A DNA stretch of 64,000 bases from Kudoa neothunni (Eukaryota; Animalia; Cnidaria): assembly GCA_964304625.1 (NCBI GenBank), contig OZ199839.1, positions 10,651,186 through 10,715,185 of the forward strand, in the 5' to 3' direction. A model generated the notes under the pieces. That model was given only the letters and a program-made list of their open reading frames with translations. It did no database searches and was not told the DNA's origin. The position numbers and the translations under genes are program-made. Position 1 is the first letter of the stretch, and each line of letters opens with the position of its first letter. Below, piece by piece: positions 1 through 16,116 of the stretch.

Positions 1-313
1 AATTATAACACTCAGTTTTATACAAAATCGGTTATAAAACGTCATTTATAAAATTCAGTAATTTTAATAATGTTTCAAAGGTTAATTAGATCATTAATTT
101 CAGGTGGACCACTGTGGTCCTACTCAGATATTTACGTAACTTTTTCCGTTTTTCCATTTATACAAAAAGTTGCTAAGTCCAAAAATATAAGATTTTAAAA
201 TTTTATTTAATGAGTTTACAAAATAAAATACACGTAATTGGAAATTAATAACTTATTATCCTGAAATATATTAGAGGTTTTTTCGCTAATAGACTACTCC
301 CGATATTCGAGGG
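1..313. mobile_element. Right end of a piggyBac-like non-autonomous element (truncated by window start)
   Basis: Ends ...TTCGAGGG followed by TTAA (314-317). Internal GGTGGACCACTGTGGTCC motif (about 102-120) resembles the subterminal motif of the 3497-4461 element. Confidence 0.45.
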
Positions 314-699
314 TTAATCCGATAAAAAGTAAGTTAATAATACTAATTTCTACTTAAATATTATTTAATCTGATTTACACACTTTTTTTAGGAATGATTT
401 TAAAAATTCAGAGCTCATTGAATAGCAGATTCGTGCTATAACTCTATCTACGCTCTGCTTTTTCTCAGGGTTGATAATATAATGGGCATGAACCTTGGAA
501 AGTTACAATAAATTTTCCAACTCCATTACTATGTACTCTCAACGATCTGATAACTAGACTTGAGACTCTGTTTAAATTTTCTTCCAAATGATTTTATTAA
601 AGCGTTTTGTTAATGCCGATACAATAAACAATAATTAAATCTTAGAACGAATATATCTCGACGTAAAGTAGATATAGTTAAGTGAGATTGGTATAAGAT

Positions 700-1700
700 T
701 TGTTTGAACTTTCCAGTATTGATTGATGGGGCCATTAAGCAGAAAAAGAAGCAGAGTCTTTGTGGTTGTTGTATCTTGCTAAGGCTAATTGCGCATCTTG
801 GAAGCGTTCCACAAAAGAGCAAATAAACAGATCAAACTTAAGACGAAACCCCTAAAATTTGTCACCGAAAATAATGAAGCGAAAGAAGTACAGTAATAAC
901 GGCGTTTATGGACGTGACTATTAGATGCACTTTGCCCAAACCAGTTAAACACTTCATTACTTCCTCGGTAGTTAGTACGTGCTTATGTTTAGCCTATGTT
1001 TCAATTAATTTATTTTAATTCTATGAAACCATTCCATTACAACACTAGCAGATAAGTCGCCACCCACCAAACCATGGTACGACAGTATCATATCCAACAC
1101 AAGCGCCAAAAAATATGCCACCATAACGAACCGTCTCCACTCACAATCTTGGAATGACTGCATTGGACCCTAACAAATTTTCTTATCAGCGTTATGTAAA
1201 AAGATGGTTTACTTTATAAATTGAATCAAACAAATGATGTAAGAGCGTAACTGTAATTATTGTATGAAGAAATATTAGATAATAGGCATAAACTATTGAA
1301 AACAGTTATATGATAGTAACGAGTTTGGGAATCAATTAAATAATAATTTTCATAACATATTTATCATCAATTAGTTAAATATGACATACATATTGAGACA
1401 CAATACTCATCCATCACTTTATATCGAATGCCTTGTGTACATTTCAAGGAAGAGGTCAAGATGTTTATTAATGCCAGAAACTTGAAAAGATTAGAGAATT
1501 TCACGTTTTAAAGAACTTTTTTACCATTGAAATTTGAATAAACACTATGAAGAACATTTCGTCGCATTTAAATTCATTCCAAGAATGTTTTTTTCTCAAA
1601 CGATTATTCCGACCTACTTCTTCCATCAGTCACCTCTCAGACTATACTCAGATATTAATCTTATTTTTTTAATTTAATCCTATGATTATATTTTCTAAAT
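700..1700 (-). pseudogene. Highly decayed piggyBac-like transposase remnant (boundaries approximate)
   Basis: Minus strand near 1085-1125 reads LWWHIFLALVLDM, resembling the piggyBac C-terminal KWW..IF..LLD motif. No long ORF. Confidence 0.3.
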
Positions 1701-2543
1701 TTTGTTATCAATTAAATTCTTATTTTTCCAACTTCTTATAAGAAAATAACACAACTTACTTTCCAATAACATCAACATTTACTCCAAATGCGAACGCCTT
1801 CCATACTTTGGATAATTTACAACAATAAATAAGAAAAATGATAATGTAATTTTAAACAAAATATTTTTTATTTGTACGTTCAATAATTATAGGTTTTTGT
1901 CAGTTTTTAAAAAAATACAGAATTATTAAGAATCTCCGACAATAATAGCAGCTAGCGATCGTCGTCAATATTGCATTCTAGCACTCACACAAATAATATA
2001 AAATAAATCGATTTGATTACATTACTCTTGTAGGAATACTTCCGATAGTTTAATTGCTAGATTTACTTTTTATTATAGTTAATTATAATCGGCAACAAAC
2101 TGATTACAACAATGAATATAATATATTGTTTTTTATTCGAGTTGATATTTAATCTAATAAAATAGATGGCAAAATAATTACATGATAACAAAATTAGTGA
2201 CACAAAATTATAAATTTTTATTTTATTCTAATTTTATGTATAATAGGCAGAGGCTATTGGTATGATAAAATACGATCCTAAACGTCAAGTACGCTTGCGC
2301 GATCGAAATTTTTAATCTTATTAACTCTTAGAAGTTGTTTACAGATTTTATTATTTAGAACCTGGTATATTTAATTATTTATAGCCCACCGCTTCGCTCT
2401 TAGGGTTCATAAATAATTAAATATAGTCAAAACTAGCGTCACCTGATTCTTTTTAATATTTTAACTGTGCCAATAGCCGTTTCCTTCAAAACACTAGTCT
2501 AAGCGTTTTACACCCCAAACTCAAAAATATCTAAATTCTATAA

Positions 2544-3090
2544 CAGGGGTCAACAACCTACGGCTTGTTAGTTGTTTCTATACAGCCCTCCATGCATTGA
2601 CTGGCATAAAAATTTTTCTAACATCTAAAATACCTAAATATTTTTTAAGTTGTTATCTATATCGTTTTTCTAAATGTTTATATGTTGTCGATGTAAAAAT
2701 TTTAGCCGGCTTAAATTCATGTTTATTAAATCAGGAAACTGGAATAAATATGACTGTTAAAATTATTTCTTTAAATGTTTGAAATATTTTTAAAAGGGGG
2801 CACAGAGGTATATCTCATGTTATTTGACAACACCCAATAAGATGTTCTTTCACGGATTTAATCACGAGTTGATTACACCGCAAGTGAAAATTATTTGAAT
2901 ATTATACTTTTGATTCGGCGTAATTTTATATTTTAAATGACTATTATAAATTCTTATATATATATATATATTAAATTTAAAACTTGAATTAAGAATAATT
3001 TAACATTTTAGTCGATTAATTTTAATACGGTTACATTAGAGTTAGGGTATGTCTGTTCGGCCCATCACGGAAAAAGGTTCCTGACCCCTG
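2544..3090. mobile_element. hAT (Buster-type) MITE
   Basis: TIRs CAGGGGTCAACAACCT / AGGTTCCTGACCCCTG. Perfect 8-bp TSD TTCTATAA at 2536-2543 and 3091-3098. Confidence 0.9.
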
Positions 3091-3496
3091 TTCTATAACA
3101 TTTAAATTCTATTTCAATGTCTCAAAAACATTCATTTAGCTCTATTTAATTAAATACAATGAAATTATTAAAAATATACGCTTTTTGAGAATTGGAATTT
3201 TATTTTCATGTCAACCAAAATAAAAGAGTTTAAATCCAATTAATAACTTATGTATTATTTCTTCTTTCGTTTTGTATAATTTATTATCATTTATTGTTTT
3301 CTATGCTTTGTTACATGATAAGGGAGTATATATATTAGTAGATATTATCAGCATGATTAGTTCGAGTCTTCTATTTTTATTGTTGTCTTCAAGTTCGATC
3401 ATTTTTGCGAGAAAAATCGTCTTGTTCGGAATCCTCTAGCAATTTCTATTTTGATTAACTATAAGATATCATTCGAAACAATATTTTTGTCTTTAA

Positions 3497-4461
3497 CCTT
3501 CGACTACCTGGAGGTGGTCACGGTGGCCAATCAGCGCTTATTATATCAGTAATTGTTACAAAATATTTTATTTCCTTTTTCCCTAGGTATATTTTATAAT
3601 ATAAGGATGCCATTAAAAATACTTAAGTAATGGAGTTTTACGTTTAATTTTTTCGCTTAAAATTGAAAAAAGAAAAAAAGTTACACACATACCTGAACAT
3701 GCCCGCCATATAAAAAATAACGTTTAAATAATTACAATATATATATATAAAAGATTGTCTGCAGTAAAATAAACACTATAAATGTACTGTGAAGCAGGGA
3801 ATTTTTTTAAAACTCATTTTTTTGTTTCTTCAACAACTTGATTCTATTAACTAATTTAATCTGGTATGGGGATGGCGCATATAATAATAATTTTGTTAAA
3901 TTACATATCAACAAAAAGTAGCAGGTTAAATATAGTCGTTTAAAATTTTATTTAGACCATCTTATCATAACTCAAAAATTCAAAATCTAAAAATCCTTAT
4001 ATATATATATTTCTCATAAATTAATTTATGATGACAAATTTCAATTTATAAAATACGAATTTATACGTTTAATATATTTCTGTCAACAGGGGAAGAGATT
4101 TCATAATAAAATCGTGTATTTTGAGAATAAAACAAAACCTCGACTGTTAAAATAATAATAATTGGAATAAGAAAATATAAAAAATGAAATAACAAGAAAA
4201 TAGTTTATCTCGAATTTTTCACGCTATTCAAAATATATACAAAATAATTATTCCTGTGTTGCGCGCATGCGCAAATAAATGTCACAAGAATACATCATCG
4301 ATTTGTTTTTATTAAATTTATTATATTTTAAATGGAAAAATTAACGTAAATAATTATGTTCTTAACCTTAAATGCAACAATTTTTATTATTTTAATACAT
4401 TTTGCGTGTGGTCACCCCCAGGTAGGTATTCATGTAACTTTTTCCTTCTGGTGTTCGAGGG
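3497..4461. mobile_element. piggyBac-like non-autonomous element
   Basis: TTAA|CCTTCGACTACC on the left and GGTGTTCGAGGG|TTTA on the right. Subterminal inverted motif CTACCTGGAGGTGGTCAC / GTGGTCACCCCCAGGTAG. Confidence 0.6.
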
Positions 4462-4819
4462 TTTACGTTTACTATTTGAAACGACTTTAATTGATTTCAC
4501 CTTGGACATCGACTACTGCATTTCTTTGATTAACATTCTTTGAACTACAACAATTAAACATTAATTTTATTTTTGTAACTTAATTATTTAAAAAAATTCA
4601 AACATAATAAAATGTAGATTTTTAATCATAGAACATAATTTCTTAGCAATCCATAATGGATCCCTTTACGTGTTTTTAAAAATACTTTAATATTTATACC
4701 ATTAAATTAAAAACTTTTTTGGAGTCAGCCAGTTATTTGAATCCTATATGTATAAAAATTGGCGCATCTTATTCGTTGTATATGTATCATATAAACAGCT
4801 CTCATTTGGAATATATGTA

Positions 4820-6904
4820 CAATCGAAACCAGTTTATCCGAACGATTTTTTAAAATCTATTTGAAATCGGTGTATATTCTAAATGAAAAAATTTTGTTTA
4901 ACCAAAACTTCAGTAACCGCAATCCGAAACAATTTTTCTCTTGTATTTTGGGATAAAGTGCTCGTCGCATACACTAATTCTTGTATGTTAAATACTTCTA
5001 AATGTAACGTTAATATAACTTTATTTGAGAAGTTTTCGGATACGCTCATAATTAATTTACATAAGGACACTTTAGAATTTCAAACTAATGAATTTTTATT
5101 TAAATTAAAGGAATCATTTTATAACTGGTTTGAGTATAAGTTAGTCTAACGTCACGCAGTCTAAAAATGTAAACAATGCATGACCAAGAGCGTCCAAGAA
5201 TTGTTTTAAAGCCAAGCGATAAAGCATTTATCTGTAATATAAAAGCGAATAGTCCAAAAATGACTCTATCCGAAATATTATACGCTTTTTACAAGAAAAA
5301 ATATTGCAAATATTCTACACAACTCCAATAGATGGATTATGATGGAATATTCGAATCGCATGACATCTCGGGGCGGTAAACATGACAAGCTTGAAAAGGT
5401 CCTTTACTTGTGGTTAAATCAAGTCAATGCACAAAACATGTGCATTAATGGGAATATTATTGTGGAAAAGGCAAAAGAATTCGCCATCAAGCTCGGAATA
5501 GAGGATATTTCCTTTTCTTCTGGATGGCTTCATTGTTTTAAGAAACAATATGAAATTTCGTCTAAATATGTTCAGGGAGAAGTTGGTTCGGTGGCCATCG
5601 AAGATGTTGAGAAAGCAAGAAATGAACTTAAAGCCACCTTAAAACTCTAATCTAAAAGTGATATTTATAACGCGGATGAAACCGGGTTGTTCTATTATCT
5701 GGGCCAAGCAGAACTCTTTCAAGTTTTCACCGACTTGGAACCAAAATTCGAAAGATCGTATCACCATATTTTTTTGTGTGAATGCATCCGGCACACACAA
5801 ATTAAAACCTTTAGTGATTGGGAAATCAATGAAACCGCGATGTTTCAAACATTTCCGCCCAACACATTATGCATTATGTGACGTACAACTCCAACACAAA
5901 GGCATGGATGACCTCCATTATCTTCGAAGGTTTTCTAAACAATTTAAATTCCACGATGAAGTCTCAAAACAGGCACATTCTTCTATTGCTCAATAATGCA
6001 ACAAGCCATAAACACGCTGATCTCTCTAATGTAAAAATTATGATGTTACCTCCAAACTTAACATCCCACTTGCAACCTCTTGATGCTGGAATAATCAAGC
6101 CATTCAAATCAAAATATAGAACGTTGGTTACCAACAAAATTTATTGAGCAAATAGAAAATGATAATAAACTTAATATAAATTTACAAGATACAGTAGGAT
6201 TTACTCATGAATCATGGGATTCTGTTTCTCAGAGTACCATTCAAAATTGTTGGATTCATACTGGAATAGTTTCCGGTAAAGAAGCTACTCTACCTAGTCA
6301 TTCTACTAATGATGATTCACACAATGATTTTCTAAAAGTTATCCCTACATGCCGTTACCAAAGTGCTAGAGAATATACAGAATGCGACAAGTAATTAACA
6401 ACGGGCGAAATTATAAAAGATGATAATAATGACCCCATATCATCTGAATATCCTGAAGTAGAAATCCCAGTTATTAGGATCGAGAAGCTATTACCACTAT
6501 CATAAAATACATTGGACAACCCAGAGTTCATGACTTAGAAAATTAAAAGACGAATTAGTAACACTACCGATTCGATTCAAACGAAATATGGAAATGTCTA
6601 ATTTCGGAAAATGAAAAAAACATTTATAACTGATTATTTAAATAAATTAATTAATTAATCTGTCACAATTTCTCAACAATTGATTGTTCGTGCATTATTA
6701 CAGGTGTATTTTTTCAATTTTATTTAAAATATTTATTTCTTCAGAATAAATAAAAGGTCACAAAATTGATTAATGTAGTTTTACAAACGAAATAATATTT
6801 AAGTTATGTGGGTGCATATTCATCGAACCTCGTTTAATCGAAATTTCATTATCCGAAAGGAAAATGTCAGGTCCCCAGATTTTCGGATAAACGGGGCTCG
6901 ACTG
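4820..6904 (+). mobile_element. pogo/Tigger (Tc1/mariner superfamily) DNA transposon with degenerate transposase
   Basis: TA-flanked TIRs CAATCGAAACCAGTTTATCCGAA / TTCGGATAAACGGGGCTCGACTG. ORF pieces 5339-6147 encode a CENP-B-type HTH (LEKVLYLW...FSSGWL), IYNADETGLFY, KDRITIFFCVNASG, KLKPLVIGKS, LLLLNNATSH and PPNLTSHLQPLDAGII. Frameshifted, and the second catalytic D reads N. Confidence 0.93.
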
Positions 6905-7277
6905 TATATGATTTAAATATCCTCATATATCCGTAATTATGTGTCTAACATTAGCGATTATTCTAAAAACTCTACGAAGCCCCCAAATAAACATGCATTC
7001 ATTTAACCAGATTATCTTAAAACTCTCCCTATTGGAAACGACTGATAAAATAGCATGTATTTCAACTGTTCAGTCAGTGGATCCTTGTTATAACTACAGA
7101 TCCATTACCTATTGTTTTTCAATAATAGTCTGAATAATAAATAAATACTCCATTACATTCACCATATTTCGACTCATTTCTAATGATTGATATAATTTGT
7201 CAGACTCAACGAAGAAAATTTAATTTTTAAGAACCATGACAAAACTTAAATTTAATTATATAACAAAAAGTAAAAAA

Positions 7278-8207
7278 TTAAAGAGCGGTTCCTCTTTCAA
7301 GATTGTCCTTTAGTTTGCTGGTATATTTTCCATAGGCTCGTTCGGTTGTTTCGTTGAATTGTTTGTTTTTCTCGTTGATAAAATCAACATCTTTATCTTC
7401 GTAGTATTGACGTCTACGGCGATACTTTCCTCTGACTAGAATTCTAAACAGACAATTTGCTAAGTAGAGCAAGAGCGTCATAGTTTCCCTAAGGAGATTA
7501 CTGTTTCTCAAGATCGGATGTCATTCTTTTTACGTCCAAAGGTACATTTGTGCCGGCGTACACAGTTAACGAGTTATTGTCTGGGAATATATCATCACCC
7601 CTGTCGACAACCAACCAAACAATTAGAAACAACAATAATACAATAAGATACATTTGTTGTTTCAGTCGTTCATAATTTTGCAAATCAGGTTTCAAATTTT
7701 TGGTCAAGCGATTGTATTGACGAAGCTGAGCAGTAGCATAATCTAAAAACACGAACCAATATAGAGATCATCCAAACCGATGACTATCCCACCTGCAAAA
7801 CCAAGATCTGGATTTTTAGCGTACTTCTCCTTGTATTCTCTTCTCTCCATTGCGTTCACGGTTTCATGTAATCGTAAAAATTGATCGTAGTCTTGATTGT
7901 TGGCAATAATTTGTTCTTTTTGGTTCAATTTCTCGAGTTCCCATTCGGCCCTGGACTTTTTTGCTTCATGATTGGCTGGCAATTTCGAGTTCTTACTTTC
8001 TTCGATCACCGCATCATAATTCTTCATTCTAGCTTCATTCTAAAAATCACACGGCAGACTTAATTACAATTCACTCATTATATTGCCATTATACCTTCTT
8101 CAACTGAATTCTTTTTAATCTATCTTCATAGCTGGTTGGTTTTTTCTTATTCTATATAGAAATTTAGTATATTAAGTTGCAAAAAACCTCACATTCTGAG
8201 ACGTCAT
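7278..8207 (-). CDS. SYF2: Pre-mRNA splicing factor SYF2 (spliced; ATG 8207, stop 7278, short GT-AG introns)
   Basis: Joined exons read MTSQNVE|NKKKP...KK|[14 protein letters not shown]...KNPDLGFA|[15 protein letters not shown]...DLEKQ|[11 protein letters not shown]...[13 protein letters not shown]...[18 protein letters not shown], which carries the SYF2 C-terminal signature. Confidence 0.93.
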
Positions 8208-9338
8208 TGTTATATCTGCGTGCGCATTAGGAGTCCTTCAACTCATCTTATTTGAATTTTCTTCAAAATTTCACATCCACATGTAAAAATTTTTTAAATA
8301 AATTTTTACTTAAGATTTAATATTTTTATTTTAGAAATTGCTATTTATGTGCTGATTAAATGACGGAAATATGATAATGCGTTGGTATTCTAGAAACGAC
8401 GCCTTTTACATAGCAATTATTGCTCCTTTTTCGCTATTACCTGCAATGAATATAATAAACTGATGAATAACTATATATCACTAAAATAATTTTAAAATCT
8501 TGATCAAATTTCCATTCAGGAACATATTGTAATCTTTATTTTGCTACAACAATCATTTAGAACTCACATATTCTATAAATATTTTAATGCGTATATTATT
8601 TTTGATTATTAATAAATTTTTATTCTTGTTAAATATTCTGATATTAAAAGGCATAACATTTAAATGAACAATTGACATAATTAAGAAGAAAAATAATGTT
8701 TTTTCTATTTTCAACAAATTTCATTCAAACAAATTATTTTTTAATTTATATTGTTTGAATCCTTTTTTTAAATAAAACTACATTTTTTCCAGTTTTTTAT
8801 TGCCAATAAGTCGCTTTCTGATATATAAAAGGATGTTTTGTTTTTATACACACAAAAACCATCCAAAAAGTCATAGCATTTATATAATAGATGTAATATA
8901 ATTAAACTCTCCCTGTCCAAAGTGGGGAGTAAGAAAGACCCAATTTCGTCATTTGTAAAGGTACTTTGAAAGTAAACTATAAATATCTTAACGACAATAT
9001 AAATGAGTCTATAAAACTATATTTTATTCCAATGTATAAATACATATGATATATGCTTATTTTTTTAATATTTTCCTCTTATAGAATAAACTAAAATGAT
9101 CCATTATATAACAGAAATTTTCTTATTAATATTTGAGAATATTGTTTTATTTACTTTTGTGCCAGAAATAAATAATTTTCAAATCTACTTCGACCTAATG
9201 GGAGATTAACGAGAACTGAGCAAAAATCATTTGGTTGACAATCTCTCGGTTCTCCATAGAATCTGCTTTTGCTAACAATGAGATAGTTTGTAGCTCGTTT
9301 TTTTCAAAATTACGATTATAATTCTTGTGTATCTTGTA

Positions 9339-11270
9339 TAAAGTATGGTAAAATTATGAATCGCGACGTATTTCGTCATTGTTAGTTAAAGAAACTCGTT
9401 TCCTAAAAAACACACATATTTTTCAATAAAAATAAGTTTTATTTATACTAAATATATATATATATATATGTTGAAAGATTATTATTTTTGAATATTTTTT
9501 CAAATTAGTATTCAGTCAAATTCGAACCTATTAATTATGTTTTTTGTTGTATAATAGAATCTTCGTTTAATAACACCATAAACGGCTTCAATTCGATTTG
9601 AATAGACTCCATGTGACGTTTTCTACTCAATATTGTGATTAACTTTGCCATGATAGTAATCCAACGAATTTAGATTATTGTAGCGACTCCATAAATGAAT
9701 CCAGATGATGGATATCAATAAGGCAAACTGAGATGTAATCAATTTTAGTTAAGATTGAGTTCTATTTTCTGAAACAAAGTTGAAATATATTTCTGTCTTC
9801 ATCGATTCTACCTCCTCCCCACACATTTTGATTTACAAACATTCTACCTTGATGCTATTTGCTCTTGCATACTTGTGGCTTATCAATTTTTATAATAATA
9901 CCTGAGCAATCTTTTTTTAGGAATCTCAGTATTATTATAATCTATGTAAATTTCACTAATATAATTTTAACAGTTAAAAACTATGTCTTTTGAGTTTACT
10001 CTGAATTGTCTCATAATAGTATAATTATTAGAATATAATAATTCAAGTATATATCATCGACCCTTTTATGCTTACATTTTCCCATCCATCTGAGGATAAC
10101 ATATTTCGAAAAATAAATAATTATAATGACTTAAAAAGTTAAAATGTTCTCAAAAAAATTTCAGCCATTATCATCAAATAAAAGAAAAAAATAAAAATCC
10201 CATTCTTAGTTAGCATAACCATGTAAAAATTTCCCGCTGCCTTTAAAATGCATTGAAATTTTATTTTCTACCTGACTTGTATACAACGGCTTAATACAGT
10301 CAGCACGATTGCATTAATCCATATTTGGCGCGTGCGCATAACTGGGGAGTCAACTTCTTATTTCCATATCTATAAAAATTCAAATCTAGAGCCTTAAATA
10401 GAGAAACAAAATATTTCTATTCCGTGTCAAAAAATATTTAAAGCTGTAACTTTTAAAAAGAGATAATAAAGATTATGCTTTAGTATATATATATATATAT
10501 ATATTTACTCTTGAAGTAGATATATTATATAATTACAAATAAAGGCGACAATTATTTATTAGATAATACACAATACAAATCCCAGTATAAATTTTTTAAA
10601 TTAATTTTTCAACTTTTTAAATCTATATAAGTATTTTTAAGCTATATTAAATTATATTTTCACAAAAATTCTTTTATGGAATATATTACGATAAGGTATA
10701 AATAAATTAAATTGTTTATTGTGGCGCTATTTAAATTCTTCAATGTGTATTCTAATGGTATAATTGACTAAAATTATCTTTAATTCGTGTCAAATAGATA
10801 AAAATCACGTTAACATTTCAAAACTATTTTGGGTAAAATATTTTAGATAGAGCACTTTGAAGGTGAAATTTTTCTCTTGTTAATTTTAATGAACAATGGG
10901 CACGAAAATGTTAATGTCTGCAAACATCAGTTAAAAACTATCAAAAATTAAGCTCTGTTCCTTCAAGAAACATTATTTTTTGTGGTGTCTTATTACAGTT
11001 GTTACAACGGTAATAATAACGAATCAATATTGTTTTCTCTTTTGAGTAATATATCTGACTTAAAGTTTCCCATCTTTTAATTCTTGGGAACACATTAAAT
11101 CTTTTTAATATGAATATAAATTTGGATTAGTCATTTTTTAAATCTAAAATGTCTTCTACAGGGATATCATCAATTTCAATCGCAGATCTAATAATCCGTA
11201 TTTCACGTTGACGAAGATGTGTGGTCACTATCAGCGTTTGACCGATAAAACTTTACTATCTTAGAGAACT
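9339..11270 (-). mobile_element. Degenerate Merlin/ISXO2 (IS1595-like) transposon, older relative of 42264-43312, interrupted by about 0.9 kb of other DNA
   Basis: Minus strand at about 11200-10950 reads IEIDDIPVEDILD...RENNIDS..RCNNCNK, matching ORF 42288. At about 9890-9570 it reads K..QGRMFVNQNVW and YNNLN...KVNHNIE...SNRIEA, matching ORFs 42580/42907. Terminal TAAAGTATGGTA at 9339 resembles the Merlin TIR. Confidence 0.75.
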
Positions 11271-12225
11271 TATCAAGCAATTACAATAAATTTAAATTTT
11301 TATCTCATTTATGCTTATGAATCATTATCCTATGCAATTATAGTTATCGTCGATATTCGACATAGATCGTCGAGCGTTACGTTTAAATTTTCTTCTGTTT
11401 TGAAATTTTTATAATTAATCCATTTATAAAATTCATATCAAACATTTTTTATTTCTATTTAATAAAATAAAATTTGTAGTTGCATTTGTTATAACTGTTA
11501 TTCACTTGCAGAAGTTGCAACCATAAAATGATCGCTTTGAATCACAGGTGACCGTGATAATTTATTTAAAAATAATAATTCAGCCAATTCCAAACGTTTT
11601 CACACTCATTCATCTGAATTTGACGAGCTGATAGGTTTGCGCATGCGTGTTGCGATTTATTCAAATTCAGCTTTGGCAGCATGATTCCGAGGCAGCACCC
11701 AATTTGGAGTGTCACACTTAAACAACTGCCACTATACACCATCAAAAACTTCAACACCACAAGTCTGCTCAACAATTCTTTCAAATATTGGTCGATTTTT
11801 GTGAGAAATCATCTCGATGGCCAATTTCCAACCATACGTGGAATATATAAATTTTGTTTCGCCGTTTATATAGTTGCTGCATTCACCTACATTAAACCTA
11901 CAAGTAAGATCCATGATAGGTTGACTGTTATGGTAGTTATTCCTTTTAGACATACACAAACTATCAAAGTATCATTAAGCGACCAATCCTTGGAGATTTT
12001 GAGCAACAACATAAAATTAAACTCTCTATTTACTAACTATATCTATTTTTGGATATTTTAAAGTGTATTTGTTACGCCGATGTAAAACAAATTAAAAATT
12101 AATTGGAATAATTGAAATCGACAAATAAAAAATAAATCAATTTTGAATTTTGGGGAGAAATTATAAATAAACGGTTTGAGTTGGAGGAGATGAGATTGGT
12201 TGGATTATTGAAATTAGAAATTGGA

Positions 12226-13527
<1,302 letters not shown>

Positions 13528-16116
13528 CCTAAATAGAGGTTGGAAATAGAATAACGTTACATAATTGGGAAATTCGAGTAATATTAATGTTTTAGCAACA
13601 ATAATAACATAAAATAAAAAACCTGTAGGTGTAATTAATAGAATAATTATACAAACAAATACTTTAAAAAATTAAAAACTAGACACATCTCGGATTTAAC
13701 CACAGATATAGACAAATTATTGAGCTAATTCATACAAACACATACTTGAAATAAATTGCTAACTGTTTCACAGGTATTTTTTGATAAATAACAGATCGTC
13801 AACTCAGAAGTATCTTTTCACAATACACTTCAGTCAACGAATCGATTGATAAAGGATATCAACGTATTGAGACTGCAATAATTCAAATAATGTTCAGGTA
13901 AGATGATGGAATGGGTGGATACTGCTAATTTTATTATCACACCCGAGAAAGGAGCAGAATTCAATCCAATGTTGATTATTTGAAGCACAAATAAATAATC
14001 CTTTTTAGATTAATTCGGTCAATATAAAATAATTAATAATTTGTAGAAAGATATTAAAATTTGTCACTATCATAGCTAAAATAGATAATTTTTGTATAGT
14101 TGGCAGCGATAGTTTCAACTAAGATAAACCTTGTGGTATTTTCCTGTTTTAATGATTTATATGTCTGGCGGTGGACAGAGAAACTACCAAATTCATAGAT
14201 TTCTCTCACAAATACAACTACCAGATTACGCCTTTCTTAACTATTAAGTATACGTTAAATTATAACGTATTAGGACTAACTCTATATTTAGATAATAAAT
14301 CGGAATCAACTGATTGATAGCTATCTATATCAGTATTGACGAATTGCTGACAACCATATTCGATATATTTTAATAAAATGGCTTCAGTTGTTTCAATATT
14401 TGTGTTAAAAATGAACATTTTCGGCGACATTCATATCTCATTTTTTGAAACTTTCACAAGGTGAAAGATACCCAATTGTTAAGTCTAATCAAATAACAAG
14501 CTCTATCAAATACCAAATCAAACAAAATCTTTATTTGTCACTACTTTCGCAACGACATTCAAAATCTTTATCTATCCTTAGCGTCTTATCGAAGGTTCGC
14601 TATACGAAACAATTAAACACAAAAATTATTGATTCGATGAGTAATGAAATATATTTTTTGATTAAACCAACCAAAAATTAGCACCTGAAAACAGAAAGGA
14701 AGACAAATTTTTCATTATATTGAACTATGGATGAGTCGCAGTCAAAAATGATCCAAAATTGGTCCATCAAATGAACGTTTTATTATAATCATCGCAGTTC
14801 ACCAACAATTATTTTTAATGCATCTTCTTATCTCATCCTACTTATCTTCCAGTTTATTAATACCCTTTCAGTTTTTACCATCAGATTGTACTTTCAAATA
14901 ATAGGGCTGTAATTGGAAACCCTCCAAAAAATCCTATATGTGTATGTATATGGATACCTCTAAGTAGTGATAGGTATTAGAACATTTCATGGAATGTTTA
15001 TGCGATAGTTACCTAAAAACAAAAGTCACCGAGAATCCTTTTAATCATATATTTATTTGATTTGAAATCATTTGTTGACTACCCGTCACGAAACATCCCT
15101 CTAACACCCACCCTACAAATAGCTTAGATTACTGTTTAACTCCTGACTCCAAATAGTTCAGAGGATGGATATATTATTAATTGAACAATATATCTCACAA
15201 ATCATGTTTAATCTCTAATATGAGAGTGATTTATTTGAGCCATTTTACAGTATTGATTTTGATTGGTTGGTTGTTGAAGCATGATTCCGATGTTTATTTG
15301 TATTGTGAATTTTAATACAAAAACTGACAAACATCCTATGCTGGGAATATAAAATAATACCAAGGTCAATCAACCAAATAAACTAACAAACGATTAAATA
15401 TGCCTATACCACACAGATTTTCCTATTAGACACATCCAATCCTCATCCTTTAAATCACTTTAGAAATAACTCCATAGTCGCCGACCAATTATTACAAAAG
15501 AAACCTTATCAGTAATCTTCTATCTAATACAATCTGTATCTGTTCTTTAATATATTCGCACAATGTTTTAGAGTGGAATTTTTGATGTGCTTATTTTATG
15601 GTCAATTAGAACATACTGTACTCCGGAACGTGAATATTTTATGTGGATCAATGTAATTTTGTATTAAAAAAACATTAATATTTTTAACCTTCTAAATAAA
15701 ATGGAGTAGATTTCTACTTCAAGTAAATTTTGCCAGAAATATTAGAGCGTATTGATGAAACATAATGCCGCTATAGTTTTTTTTATCTTCTATCTTTATG
15801 ACAGTTTTCAGAAAAACAAATTAGAATATTCTTGTGTCATATATCAAAAACGTTAATGTAAGAATACCCTCCAAATAGAATTAGGATAGAAATCTATCCC
15901 ACATTTTTATTTTATAAAATGATTTCCAATATCGATATATATAATTTAGGAAAATGTAAGAAAATTCTGCTCATTAATTATTGAATAAATAACCAAAAAC
16001 AGTGCGTGCGATGCTCGTCCGCATGCGCGTTATGGATTAAGCAGTGTCATCCTCTCCTGAAAATAGAGATAGCTCTTCAGATTCTGATGACACTTCCTCA
16101 TTTTGGTTATTTTTAT

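Noticed and set aside
4879-5149. ORFs 4883-5149 and 4879-5070
   Set aside because: AT-rich chance ORFs inside the Tigger left arm.
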